Of a DNA stretch of 64,000 bases, positions 1 through 21,854 are shown piece by piece; positions within the stretch are counted from its first letter, which is position 1; each line of letters starts with the position of its first letter. The notes under the pieces are model-generated. The model did not search any database and was not told the origin of the DNA. It saw only the letters and a list, made by a program, of their open reading frames with translations. The stretch is from the human T2T-CHM13v2.0 reference genome, Homo sapiens. The position numbers and the translations under genes are program-made. The DNA is taken from the NCBI RefSeq assembly GCF_009914755.1, contig NC_060926.1, one strand, 5' to 3'.

Positions 1-467
1 ACAGAGTTTGAAAACTGAATACGATATTGGCTCTGGGCCGGGCACAGTGGCGCGTATCTGTAATCCCAGCACTTTGGGAAGCTGAGGCAGGAGGATCGCT
101 TGAGCTGAGGAGTTCAAGACAAACCTGGGCAACATATCGAGAACTCCTCGCTACTAAAAAAAAATCAAAGTAATTAGCTGGGTGTGGTGGTGGACACCTG
201 TGGTCCCAGCTACTTAGGTAGCTGAGGTGGGAGGATCACCTGAGCCTAGGAGGTCGAGGCTGCAGTGAGCCTCACTGTACTGCAGCCTAAGCAAGTAACA
301 GAGTGAGACCCTGTCTCAAAAAAAGATATTGGCTCTGCTTTTAAGGATCTCTGGTCTTCTAGGGGAGGCAGATAATAAATAAAAATCACACCGGGCATGG
401 TGGCTCACTCCTGTAATCCCAGCACTTTGGGAGGCCAAGGCGGGTGGATCACGAGGTCAGGTGTTCA

Positions 468-705
<238 letters not shown>

Positions 706-1445
706 TCACAAGCCTGCCCACATGATCAGCCCTGCACACCAGTGAGGTCCACAGGAAGGAGGACTCAGATCTGTTGGAGGGGGCTGGTGGGCTATGGGAC
801 ATGGTGAGAGACGGCTTCCCAAAGGCGATCCCCTCAATGTCATTTTTCTTTCTAACGGAAGTGGATTTTGCCCTAGGGATCAAGATGTGCTTGAGGTGGG
901 GAGGGGAACACCCCATCAGGAACTCCCAGTGGAGATGTGAATAGTCCGGCTCCTCCATGACGGAACCTTGGGGAACTCCTCTCACCAGAGAGAAGGGTGT
1001 GACGAAAGGGGGTTTAAGACCATATCCCGAGGAGCGTGAATCACAGTTACAAAGTAGAAACAGTCTGGTGAAGGCAATGGGCCATTCCCTGAAGTAGTTT
1101 AAAGTTCGGAGGGACACAAACACACCTGTATTTTACGGAGCAAACTCAGAGGAAGGTGCTTCACAGTTTGGCGGTGGGACAGACTGGAGCCTAGGAGGCC
1201 AGCTGCAGGGCCAGGCATCCAGCATGGGGTGATGAGGTGGGTCAGGCTCAGGGAGAAGCAGGAAGGAGAAGCGACAGCACGCAGGAATGCAGGGGTGGCT
1301 GGGAGCTGCTGTCGCCATTCCTGAGGTGTGTAGCCGTGGACATTGCCTGGCTGAGTAACTCTGGGCATTGTTTAGCTTAGTTTGTTGCTGATACTGCCTG
1401 GAGAGATCATATGGTCACTAGCTTGTTTCCCATTGTTGTGTGTGA

Positions 1446-1841
<396 letters not shown>

Positions 1842-1957
1842 TGAGACCTTTTTTAGTCTCCATATTTGAGAAAAAACATAGTAATAAATGCTTTTTTTGT
1901 CCAAACACACTAACGTGTGACTTCTGGAGAGTGACTGAAATTCAGATACTGGAAGTC

Positions 1958-2678
<721 letters not shown>

Positions 2679-2691
2679 GGGGGTCAGATAG

Positions 2692-2997
<306 letters not shown>

Positions 2998-3521
2998 TGA
3001 GAGACTAAGGGATACTATGCCTTCCACAGAATTCAAACTTTGACACTCAACAACAAAAGCAAAAAATTTTGTGTCTCATTCGCTTTTGAGATTATTTGTA
3101 AAATGTAGACATCACTGAATGCCAAATGCCAAGAATAAAATTTCTTCTAAATTCATCATGAGTGGCTTCTGGTAAAATAATATGGCCTGCCAAAATCGCC
3201 TTTAATATTACAATTCACAAATTATCAAATCTCTTGTTTTTGTCTTTTGATATTTCATTTACTGTTTCCAAGCTTTTAGATAAGTTATAATTCTTCTGAA
3301 GATATCATAACTGCTTGTTTCTGTTTTCACTACTTTGTTATGACTTGATTTATATGTTTAACTGTTAAATCTCAAGTTTTTGGGGGGCCAGGTGCTGTGG
3401 CTCACACCTGTAATTCCAGCACTTTGGGAGGCCGAGGTAGGTGGATCACCTGAGGTTAGAAGTTTGAGACCAGCCTGGCCAACATGGTGAAACCCTGTCT
3501 CTATTAAAAATATGAAAACTA

Positions 3522-3677
<156 letters not shown>

Positions 3678-4546
3678 TTAATTAATTAATAAGAATAAGA
3701 TTTGTTTGGCATAGTGTAAGTTAAATTGTTTTTGATATTGCTAGCATGAAAAAATAAATTTACAAGGGGTTTTACTTCTCTGCAAAGCAGATAATTTGCA
3801 TGTTTTGTAAACTGCTTAGCATGGTATAATGTGAGATAATTTAAGCCAGAGGAAAAAGATTTTTCTCACTCCACCACTCCCTTGGAAAATATTTAAAATA
3901 CGGTGGTCATATTTCTAATTTCCCTTTGAAGGTACTTTTGGATAGATTCCAGGAAAACGACCCTTTGTAAAACAGATGAATGTTTCATCTAAAAATTTGG
4001 TCTGCTTATAAAAAGTTAACTACCAAACATGTTTAAGTGTCCATGTTAGTTACTGTGGTACAAATTATATTCAGTAGAAGTTTCACGCTGAGAAAAACCA
4101 GGAAGTGCATAAGATGAATACATTCATGGTGATTATGCTCTTCAGGAGCTAGAAAGTAACTACTTAAGAAGATTATGCATGAGAGTAATTGCTGTTTAAT
4201 GGAGAAAAACTGGGGAAAATAATTATAAGAGTAAAGAAGACCTTTCCTAACCATCTGTCATTTAAAAATCAGAAACGAAAAAAGGAAACATAGCATGTTT
4301 TTCGGAAAGACTTGGAAATGATGCCAAAAGGCAATACTCTGGTGGTGCACACACAAAAGCTCTCAGAAGAGTCTCAGATTACTATATAAAAACAGTCTAA
4401 ACACCCAAGGTGTATTTACTATTACAGTTAGTCACCTTTATTTGACATTTCTGTGTAGCCAAGAGGAGGGAACAAACCCAACTGAGATATCCATCACTGG
4501 AACCAGGAAACACCAATAAGAAGACATTTTCTCCCACTAGAATTAA

Positions 4547-4921
<375 letters not shown>

Positions 4922-5122
4922 TGAATGCATTGAAGAAATATTAGTAAGCTAATAAAGGACTATATTGTTACAGGCTTTATTCCCATAACATTTTATTGGT
5001 GGTCTCTTCTGCTGAAGCAGGTATTCTTAAGGCTATAGATAGGCTGGGCGCTGGGGCTCACACCTATAATCCCAGCACTGTGGGAGGCTGAGGTAGGTGG
5101 ATCACTTGAGGTCAGGAGTTCA

Positions 5123-5355
<233 letters not shown>

Positions 5356-5953
5356 CTATAGATATTAGCCTCTGAAATGTGCCTATCAGAGTCTCCAATC
5401 CTGACTTGGAGGAGCTGATGATCTGGATGTGGAGGAAGAAGCAACACCATCAATTATTCAGTGTGACTGGTTTGCTGTTGTTTAATGATACAGGAATTAA
5501 TAACCAGACAAGACAATAATACAAGAGATGTGAGGCAGTATGTGATTAAGGGTGCAGCTGGAAGTAATCTCTCTTCTCTAAATTTCTGCAACACTTTAGC
5601 TGTGTTCCTTATGACACTTTCCCCTTTCTCTCTCTTGCTACTGTTATTTCTTGTCTTTTTCTCCTGACAACAGCGAACTACTGCAGGGCAATTCTATGTC
5701 TGATTCGTCCTTGATTCCCCACACAGAGCCTAGCCTAGGCCTGCAGAGCACTGCTGCCAGGAATTATTTATTTCAATAAAATGAGGGACATAGGGGATAA
5801 GTTTTGGGTGTGAAGAGGGGGAGGGGAAGGGTGTTGCTTGCTGTGCAGATTCTCACTTTGGGCAAAACTAGATTCTTTTTTTTTTGAAACAGGGTCTTAC
5901 TCTGTTGCCCAGCCTCCCGAGTAGCTGGGACGCACCACCATGCCCAGCTAATT

Positions 5954-5984
5954 TGTGTGCGTGCGTGTGTGTGTGTGTGTGTGT
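5954..5984. repeat. (TG)n/(CG)-mixed alternating purine-pyrimidine tract in an Alu linker
   Basis: TGTGTGCGTGCGTGTGTGTGTGTGTGTGTGT. Confidence 0.9.
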
Positions 5985-7651
5985 ATTTTTTATAGAGACA
6001 ATGTCTCACCATGTTGCCCAGGCTGGTCTCAAACTCCTGAGCTCAAGCAATCTGCCCACCTTGGCCTCCCAGAGTGCTAAGATTACAGGCCTGAGCCACT
6101 GAGCCCAGCCTTTATGTATGTGTGTCTGTGTGTATATAAAAAATTATCTGGAAAGCTTTAAAAAAGATACAGAAATATCCAGGCAGAGAGACACTCACTG
6201 CAAGCTCTGCCTCCCGGGTTCACGTCATTCTCGTGCCTCAGCCTCCCAAGTAGCTGGGACTACAGGCACCCACCACCACGCCAGGCTAATTTTTTGTATT
6301 TTTAGTAGAGACGGGGTTTCACTGTATTAGCCAGGATGGTCTCGATCTCAGCCTCCCAAAGTGCTGGGATTACAGGCGTGAGCCACCACACCCGGCCATG
6401 AATTAATATTTATGAAGTATTTGAAACACTGTCTAGCACAAAGTAAGGACTCAACGAGTTCAGCTTTTATTATTTTTTAAAAAGTATTTTCTGTATTGTA
6501 GCCCCTTGATCTAGATGAGAAAGTTGAGCTTAAACAGGTTAAGTCAAAGACTGCAATCTGGTCACTCACTGTTGGCTTGCCTGGTTTAAACAAATGTTTA
6601 AATGGATTGCAACCATTTGGAACCTGAGAGGTTTCATATGAATATGAAGAATTCTGGCTTATTTGAGTAACAGGATAATCTCTTAGCACTGGGCCAGCAT
6701 TCCTGCAAGGCACCCATTGGCTCTTGCTGACCAGTGGCTTCTCGTTGCAGATGGAGCCCGCACTCTCCAGTTCATCACCACCCCAGCATCCCTACTCTTG
6801 CATCTAACAGTTTCCGCTATTTTGCACCACCTGCCTGGCCCTTATGGGCAACTCAAGGAAGAAAGGAAAGAAGAGATAGAGGAAAAATGGATTCAACAAA
6901 TGAAAGTGTTCTTTCTGACTACTGCTGTGTTTACAAACATTTTAATCATCAAAACATGCTTTATTTGATAGAAAGATCAAATCTGCCTTTGTAAAACAAG
7001 AGACTATTTTAATCATTAAGACAACACATATGTTTGATTTGGAGGCGTGTTCTCATTCAAAACCTTGCAAAATATAATTTCTTCTTGTCTGGGAGATGGT
7101 GTCTTTCTTCGGGGAGAACCTTGAGAGAAATGTCTATGAATGTGTCTGTAGATTGAGGATAGGCCAACAAACATATTTTGAAATATTTTTTCTTTCTTTT
7201 AAAAAAATAGATACTTTTAAAAGAAAATGCTTATTTAAATTACATAGCTCTTTTTTTCACTCTCAGTCATCATTTGTGGTTTCAGTCAGTACTACATTTA
7301 TTCCCCAGAGCTAGGATTGCTGTGTTTTTAGAAAGGGAGCCTGTTTGAAGGGACTCTATACTCTTGCAGTAATTAAAATCCTTTTAGGAGTCTTTGACTT
7401 TGACTTACTGCTTTGTTTTAAATTATTGAAATTATTCAACTTCCCCATTCTAACCCACGGAAGGCTGTTGTTGTTCTCATTTATAATGGCACAATATAAG
7501 TTTAAAGATAGCTGTCTCCACATGAATGCATCTGCAAATCCATCTCTCTTCTCTCTTCTGCCATCCAGGTTAAGAAGCTCCACTGCGCTTTGTCCATTGC
7601 AAGTTGAGAAGTGAGGCCCCAGCTGTCACATACAGTGAGTGAAGAAGCTGA

Positions 7652-7918
<267 letters not shown>

Positions 7919-8338
7919 TGATCCGCCCGCACAGCCTCCCAAAGTGCTGGGATTACAGGAGTGAGCCACCACGCCCGGCCCTCTATTTGCTTTATATTTA
8001 TCTTTCCAAACTCTCTCTCCCACCCTTCTTTTAAAATTTTGTTTCAAATTCATGATTTTGTTTTAGATAAGCTTCTTTTATTATTATTATTATTTTTCTT
8101 TTTTTTTTTTTATTTTGAGACAGAGTCTCCCTCTCTTCCCAGGCTGTGGTGTGATCTCAGCTCACTGCAACCTCTGGCTCACTGCAACCTCCGCCTCCCA
8201 GGTTCAAGCAAATCTCCTGCCTCAGCCTCCCGAGTAGCTGGACTATAGGCATGCGCCACCATGCCCAGCTAATTTGTATTTTTAGTAGAGATGGGGTTTC
8301 TCCATGTTGGTCAGGCTGGTCTCAAACTCCCGACCTCA

Positions 8339-8711
<373 letters not shown>

Positions 8712-8744
8712 TAGGTAAGTTTCTTAAAGGAAATGCAGACTTCA

Positions 8745-10660
<1,916 letters not shown>

Positions 10661-10824
10661 GAAGCTTTCTGTTTATTATCTTTTGCTTTCCTTTTTTCTT
10701 CTCCACCATTACCTTAACACAACCTATCTCGTTTACCTGGACTAACTGATTGGTTTGATAAATTTTCCTATATTTTCTTTCTTTTTCTTATTGGAGGCGA
10801 TACAATTCAATTCTTTTACAATAG

Positions 10825-11172
<348 letters not shown>

Positions 11173-11793
11173 TAAAATACTTTTTTCTAACAAAATCGAA
11201 AGTTTTTACTGTTTTTTCTTTTCTTAAACACATTGTGACGTATTAAAGTATGCTTGAATAATTTATTGTATAACTTTACCTCCCACCCCATCATAATAGT
11301 GTTCTCTGGAGGTTTAACATTCTTTTAAGCACCCTCACCCCATAACTGTTTTTCACAATTGTTAAATAAATTTTCTAACATAATTTGTCAATTTGTGTGC
11401 TAAAATCTGTTTTCCGTGTACAAATGTATCTGAGTCACTTTTCTTCTTGCCACTTTCAAGAAGACCTGCTACAATACAAGGTATTTTTCAAAATATGTAA
11501 CAGCCAGGGCCCTGGAATCAAACTGAGCTGACCAATCAGCAGGCTCTCTTCCTGCGGGGGCGGGGAGCGGTTGAAGAAGGATGGGAGGATTGTGGTGAGG
11601 GGGAGCCGTGGAGAGACAGGCACTCACAAGCCAGAACAGGGCACTGACCCATCAGAATGGGCACTGACTTTAAGCAGCCTCTTTGTTCACACCAGTGCTG
11701 CCGTCCTTGGTGACCATCAGCCCCAGCCTTCAGAGAGAGAAAGAGAGACAGAGACAGAGACTATATGCAGTATTTTTTTTTTCTTTTTCCTGA

Positions 11794-11901
<108 letters not shown>

Positions 11902-12011
11902 TAGCTGAGATTACAGGTGCATGCCACCATGCCCGGCTAATTTTTGTATTTTTAGTAGAGACGGGGTTTCACCATGTTGGCCAGGCTGGTCTCGAACTCC
12001 TGACCTTGTGA

Positions 12012-12152
<141 letters not shown>

Positions 12153-13458
12153 TAGTTTAAAATATAAAATAGGATTTGGAATCTTATTGTGATAAATTTC
12201 TGTATATGATGTATGTGGTTGTCTCCCTCCGCCAAAGTAAGGAACCCTTTTACAGCATGTTGAGAAGGTATTTTTTGGTATGAAAGGGGGACAGGCCTTT
12301 AAATCTTTCAGGGATACACATAAGCATAAGGATTCAGCCTCTATGGGGAAGGTGTGTGCAGCACTCAAAGTTGCTAACATCAACTTCCTAACTTTCAGCC
12401 AGGGTTCTTACTGCATTTGGCATGGCTCTGATGAGAGAGTGGAGAATTTCTGACAGCATAGCACACTAGCTTCTGACAGATGGGGTTAAGTTGCCAAAAA
12501 TGACAATCAGGGATTCAATAAGAAATTTTGGTCATTAAATCGATTTTATATTATTGCTTTTTTTTTTTTTTTTTGAGACGGAGTCTCCCTGTGTCGCCCA
12601 GGCTGAAGTGCAGTGGTGCAATCTCACTCACTGCAAGCTCCGCCTCCCGGGTTCATGCCATTCTCCTGCCTCAGCCTCCTGAGTAGCTGGGACTACAGGG
12701 GCCCGCCACCATGCCCAGCTAATTTTTTTTGTATTTTTAGTAGAGATAGGGTTTCACCGTGTTAGCCAGGATGGTCTCGATCTCCTGACTTCGTGATCCA
12801 CCTGCCTCGGCCTCCCAAAGTGCTGGGATTACAAGTGTGAGCCACCGCGCTCGGCCTATATTATTACTTTTTATTAGGTTGGTGCAAAAGTAAATGTGGT
12901 TTTTGCCATTACTTTTAATGGGAAAAACCGCAATTACTAATCTTCCGTTTGTCATAGGACTTTAAAACCATATATTTCCCCTCAATTTTATTCTCCTTTT
13001 GGTTTAATAGTTGTTAAGACATTTTTTCATAATTAGCACAGTATGTTTGACTGCAGACCCTTTTTTTTTTTTTTTTTGAGACGGAGTCTCACTCTGTCAC
13101 CCAGGTTGGAGTGCAGTGGTGTGATCTCGGCTCACTGCAACCTCTGCCTCCTGGGTTCAAGCAATTCTCTGCCTCAGCCTCCCAAGTAGCTGGGATTACA
13201 GGCGTCCGCCACCATACCCGGCTAATTTTTGTATTTTTAGTAGAGATGGGGTTTCACCATATTGGCCAGGCTGGTCTTGAACTCCTGACCTCATGATGCA
13301 TCCACCTCGGCCTCCCAGAGTGTTGGGATTACAGGCGTGAGCCACTGCACCCGGCCAACTGCAGACAAAGTTATGATACTTCTAGGCTATAAATCTTTAG
13401 AATTCTGTGAATTTCAATATTATTTGAAGTAGTTCTTCAGTTATATTTACATATGTTG

Positions 13459-13671
<213 letters not shown>

Positions 13672-13999
13672 TAATTTTTTGTATTTTTAGTACAGTCAGG
13701 GTTTCACCATATTGGCCAGGCTGGTCTTGAAATCCTGACCTTGTGATCTGCCCTCCTCGGCCTCCCAAAGTGCTGGGATTACAGGCGTGAGCCACCGTGG
13801 CCAGCCTTGAATATATTTTTAGTTTAGGGAATCTTCCAAAATACAAAGCACTCCTAGTTAGGTATCAGTGAGTTTGAATTATTGGTAAGAGTTTGAATTA
13901 TTGACAAAATGCCAAAAATATTGTTTGATTTCACATAACAAGCTTGTTAGATATATTTTTGTGGAAAAGAATGAAAAATGGTTTTATTTTGCACCCACA

Positions 14000-15600
<1,601 letters not shown>

Positions 15601-15685
15601 CTCTCTTCACTGTGTAATTTTTGTTTGTTTCTGTGCCACAGAGGTATGTACGTTTTTGCATTCTGAACTAACTACATCATTTTTA

Positions 15686-16192
<507 letters not shown>

Positions 16193-16885
16193 TTAGTTTT
16201 TATTTCTGATTACAAAAGCAATAACTTTTTTTTTTTTTTTTCTTTTTTTTTTTTTTTGAGATGGAGTTTCACTCTGTTGCCCAGATTGGAGAACAGTGGC
16301 CGATCTCAGGTCAATGCAACCTCTGCCTTCCAGGCTCAAGCAGTTCTCCTGCCTCAGCCTCCCGAGTAGCTGGGACTACAAGTGCACATCACCACGCCTG
16401 GCTAATTTTTGTATTTTTAGTAGAGACAGTGTTTCACCATGTTGGCCAGGCTGGTCTCAAACTCCTGATCTCATGTGATGTACCCACCTCAGCCTCCCAA
16501 AGTGTTAGATTACAGGCATGAGCTACTGCTCCAGCCACAATAACTCTTAATTATAGAAAATTATTAAAATTCAGGAAAGGAGAAATACTAGTTTAGAGAA
16601 TGGTGAGTGGGATGCTTTATGGATGCCTCCTCTTTGAAGATGTGCCTTGAAAGAGGAGGATTTTAGCAGTAGGATTGTGAAGAAAGAAAAGAAAAAGGGT
16701 ATTTTAAAGGGGGGGATGGAATCCAGATATGGAAATAAAAATATTCCACATGCTTCACAGGATGTTGCTGGGTACATGGAGTAAGGGTGGATATATAGAT
16801 AAAGCTGGAAATGATTCGGGATGAGATTTTGCAGATATTGAATGTAAAGGAGTTTGGCATTTATTCTTCAGGAAATGAAAATTCA

Positions 16886-17318
<433 letters not shown>

Positions 17319-18203
17319 TCACTATTTTGTTCATTTCCTGTGAGACAAGTTTGAATGTAAAATGGGAGGAAAAGCCTTGTATTTTAGTTCCTTCCTGATT
17401 CCCCCTGGCCCCCCTGAAGGTAGGCAGGGGCTGGGGAGGAGAGGAGTTATGTATTCACTCTCCGCAATTAAACACAAGTAAAAATCCATATCTATCCCCA
17501 ACGGTAAAACAGTCACATAACCAGCACTTTAACTATAATCACAGAAAACGTTTTACATTGCTACAAGAGCAAATGTATAATCAAGAAAGATTCTTTGTAA
17601 TGTTATCTAAAACCTGAAAAGTCTGTAGTTTTGGTTGATTGCCCAGTACATTGAAAGGACTTTTTTTTTTTAATCTTGGGTTTCGTTTTTCTTGGTCTAA
17701 GGCCCAATCTATTGCCAGTGGTGAGTCAGAAGGGATGCCTGAAATAGTTCTTGTGAAGTTATCTGTGTTCCTGTCTTATCATCCACGGATGGCCAAGACT
17801 TTCTCATTCATCTATATATTTCACAAAAGCCTAGCACAGTGTTCCCATGTTAAATGTTTGCTGAATTATAAAAAAGCATTTCAACTAATCTGTCAAATAT
17901 GTGAGACAACAAATAGCATTTTGTGATGTGTTCACGGATATGTAGTTAGAATCGTAAGGCCAAAAGTAACCCAGAAGTTTCCTTTTCCCTTTTCCTTGAC
18001 CAGGAAGAACTGTCCAATGAACGCTATTCACTGATGAGGGAAAAGTTCTGGTAAAGATATTTTTTCAAAGTATTAAGATAAAACTAAAAGCACTTATTTT
18101 CAGAAAGCGATTATCATTAGCTAGAAAAATCTAATCACAAGGCCAGACATGGTGGCTCATGCCTGTAATCCCAGCACTCTGGGAGGCCGAGGCGAGCGGA
18201 TCA

Positions 18204-18473
<270 letters not shown>

Positions 18474-18712
18474 TTACGGGACGAAAGAGTAATAGAAGCT
18501 GGATCCCTCCAGAAACCTAAAAAAAATGAAGAAAAAAAGGCCGGGCGTGGTGGCTCACACCTGTAATCCCAGCACTTTAGGAGGCCAAGGCGGGTGGATC
18601 ACAAGGTCTAGAGATCGAGACCATCCTGGCCAATATGGTGAAACCCCGTCTCTACTAAAAATACAAAAATTAGCCAGGTGTGGTGGCACGTGCCTGTAAT
18701 CTCAGCTATTCA

Positions 18713-18930
<218 letters not shown>

Positions 18931-19230
18931 GTGATGCTAAAACTAAAGGAGCCCACAGATTTTGAAGAATATCATCATGAGGTAGAGTGAGAGAAGGTAT
19001 GAGGGGTCTTCTCACTTGTTACTTCTGTCCCTCTCTCCACAGGCAGTGGTGGCTGAGAGGAAGAACTGACACCTTTGTGCTATCAGAGCACTTTGCAGAG
19101 GAGCTGTTAGTGGCCCTGTAGGAGTCTGCTGGCCATACATCTGGGTGTCAAATCAAGAGAGCATGAGAAGTTGGACAGGAAAGGTCCAAGGCAAAATGGT
19201 TACTAAAGGCCATCCCTGATCCTGACCCTA

Positions 19231-19930
<700 letters not shown>

Positions 19931-20124
19931 AGAAGGTAAATCGGTGTTGCTCTAAACTAAGGAAACAGAGAGGACTCTGGGAAATGCTCCTCCCTCCCTG
20001 GGGCTCCTAAGCTTCTCAAATATTTTCATCATTGCCATATATCTCTCCTCAACCACTCTACAGCCCTGGATTAGAACATAGCATAGGCCACGACTTTCAA
20101 TTTGCTTATAATCTGGTGTAGAGA

Positions 20125-20737
<613 letters not shown>

Positions 20738-20889
20738 TTAAAAGAGTGAATGCTGCTATGTAAATTCTATCTCGATTTTTTTAAAAAAATTAGACTATTT
20801 ATTTATGATCCCTGAATGGAATTAAACTAAATGATAAAAATTTTCTTAAAATCAAGGTAGGAGTCACTTTTTAACCAAAGATTATATTC

Positions 20890-21033
20890 TTTTTTTTCTC
20901 TTTTTTAACTTTTGTTTTAGGTTCAGGGGCTCATTATGCGGTTTTGTTATATAGGTAAACTCATGTCACGAGAATTTGGTGTACGAATATTTCATTACCC
21001 AGGTACTAAGTGTAGTACCTGATAGGTATTTTT
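20890..21033 (-). mobile_element. L1 3' terminal fragment with poly(A) (old L1PA/L1PB-type), fused to U6
   Basis: Minus strand AAAAATACCTATCAGGTACTACACTTAGTACCTGGGTAATGAAATATTCGTACACCAAATTCTCGTGACATGAGTTTACCTATATAACAAAACC...CCCCTGAACCTAAAACAAAAGTTAAAAAA matches the recalled primate L1 3' UTR end. Confidence 0.85.
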
Positions 21034-21139
21034 AAAATATGGAACACTTCATGAATTTGCATGTCATCCTTATGCAGGGGACATGCTAATCTTCTCTGCA
21101 TCATTCCAATTTTAGTATATGTGCTGCTGAAACTAGCAC
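21034..21139 (-). pseudogene. Full-length U6 snRNA retropseudogene (5' part of a U6/L1 chimera)
   Basis: Reverse complement reads GTGCTAGTTTCAGCAGCACATATACTAAAATTGGAATGATGCAGAGAAGATTAGCATGTCCCCTGCATAAGGATGACATGCAAATTCATGAAGTGTTCCATATTTT, i.e. U6 with CpG decay and an altered ACAGAGA box. Confidence 0.95.
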
Positions 21140-21434
21140 CAAAAGTTATATTCTACAGTGTAGGTCAAATGAAAATTGCATCTGATCTATGAATATTACT
21201 CTGGAAAAATCCCTTGAATTGTCCAGGGTATAGTAGTAGTCAGGATTAATATATTCTTTACTGTATCTTAATAAACGCAGTGCAGCCAGTTTTTCCTCCA
21301 GCGTTGGAGTCCATCACTGTTGCTGTGGATCGGCAACAAATGAAGTCATTGGTTTGCATTTCAGGCCTCTACTGTATGAAAAATACAGGTTGTGTGAACA
21401 TAGTTGACTTGTGAGAAATTAAAGACATAGATAA

Positions 21435-21602
<168 letters not shown>

Positions 21603-21854
21603 TGATTTATTTTTATTTTTATTAGAGACAGTGTTTCTCCATGTTGGTCAGCCTGGTCTCGAACTCCTGACCTCAAATGATCCACCCGCCTCAGCCTACC
21701 AAAGTGCTGGGATTACAGGCGTGAGCCACCGCACCCAGGCTTGAATTCTTAAATTCTATTTCCTTCATACTATTTCATCTAATTCCTTTCCTCACTTGTA
21801 TTTATCTTATGATTAAGTTATCCTATCTGGTCCTAGGGAACCTTAACATTCTTT

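Noticed and set aside
21034-21139. Functional U6 gene
   Set aside because: ACAGAGA box altered, CpG decay, fused to L1 with TSDs, and no upstream PSE/TATA arrangement evident.
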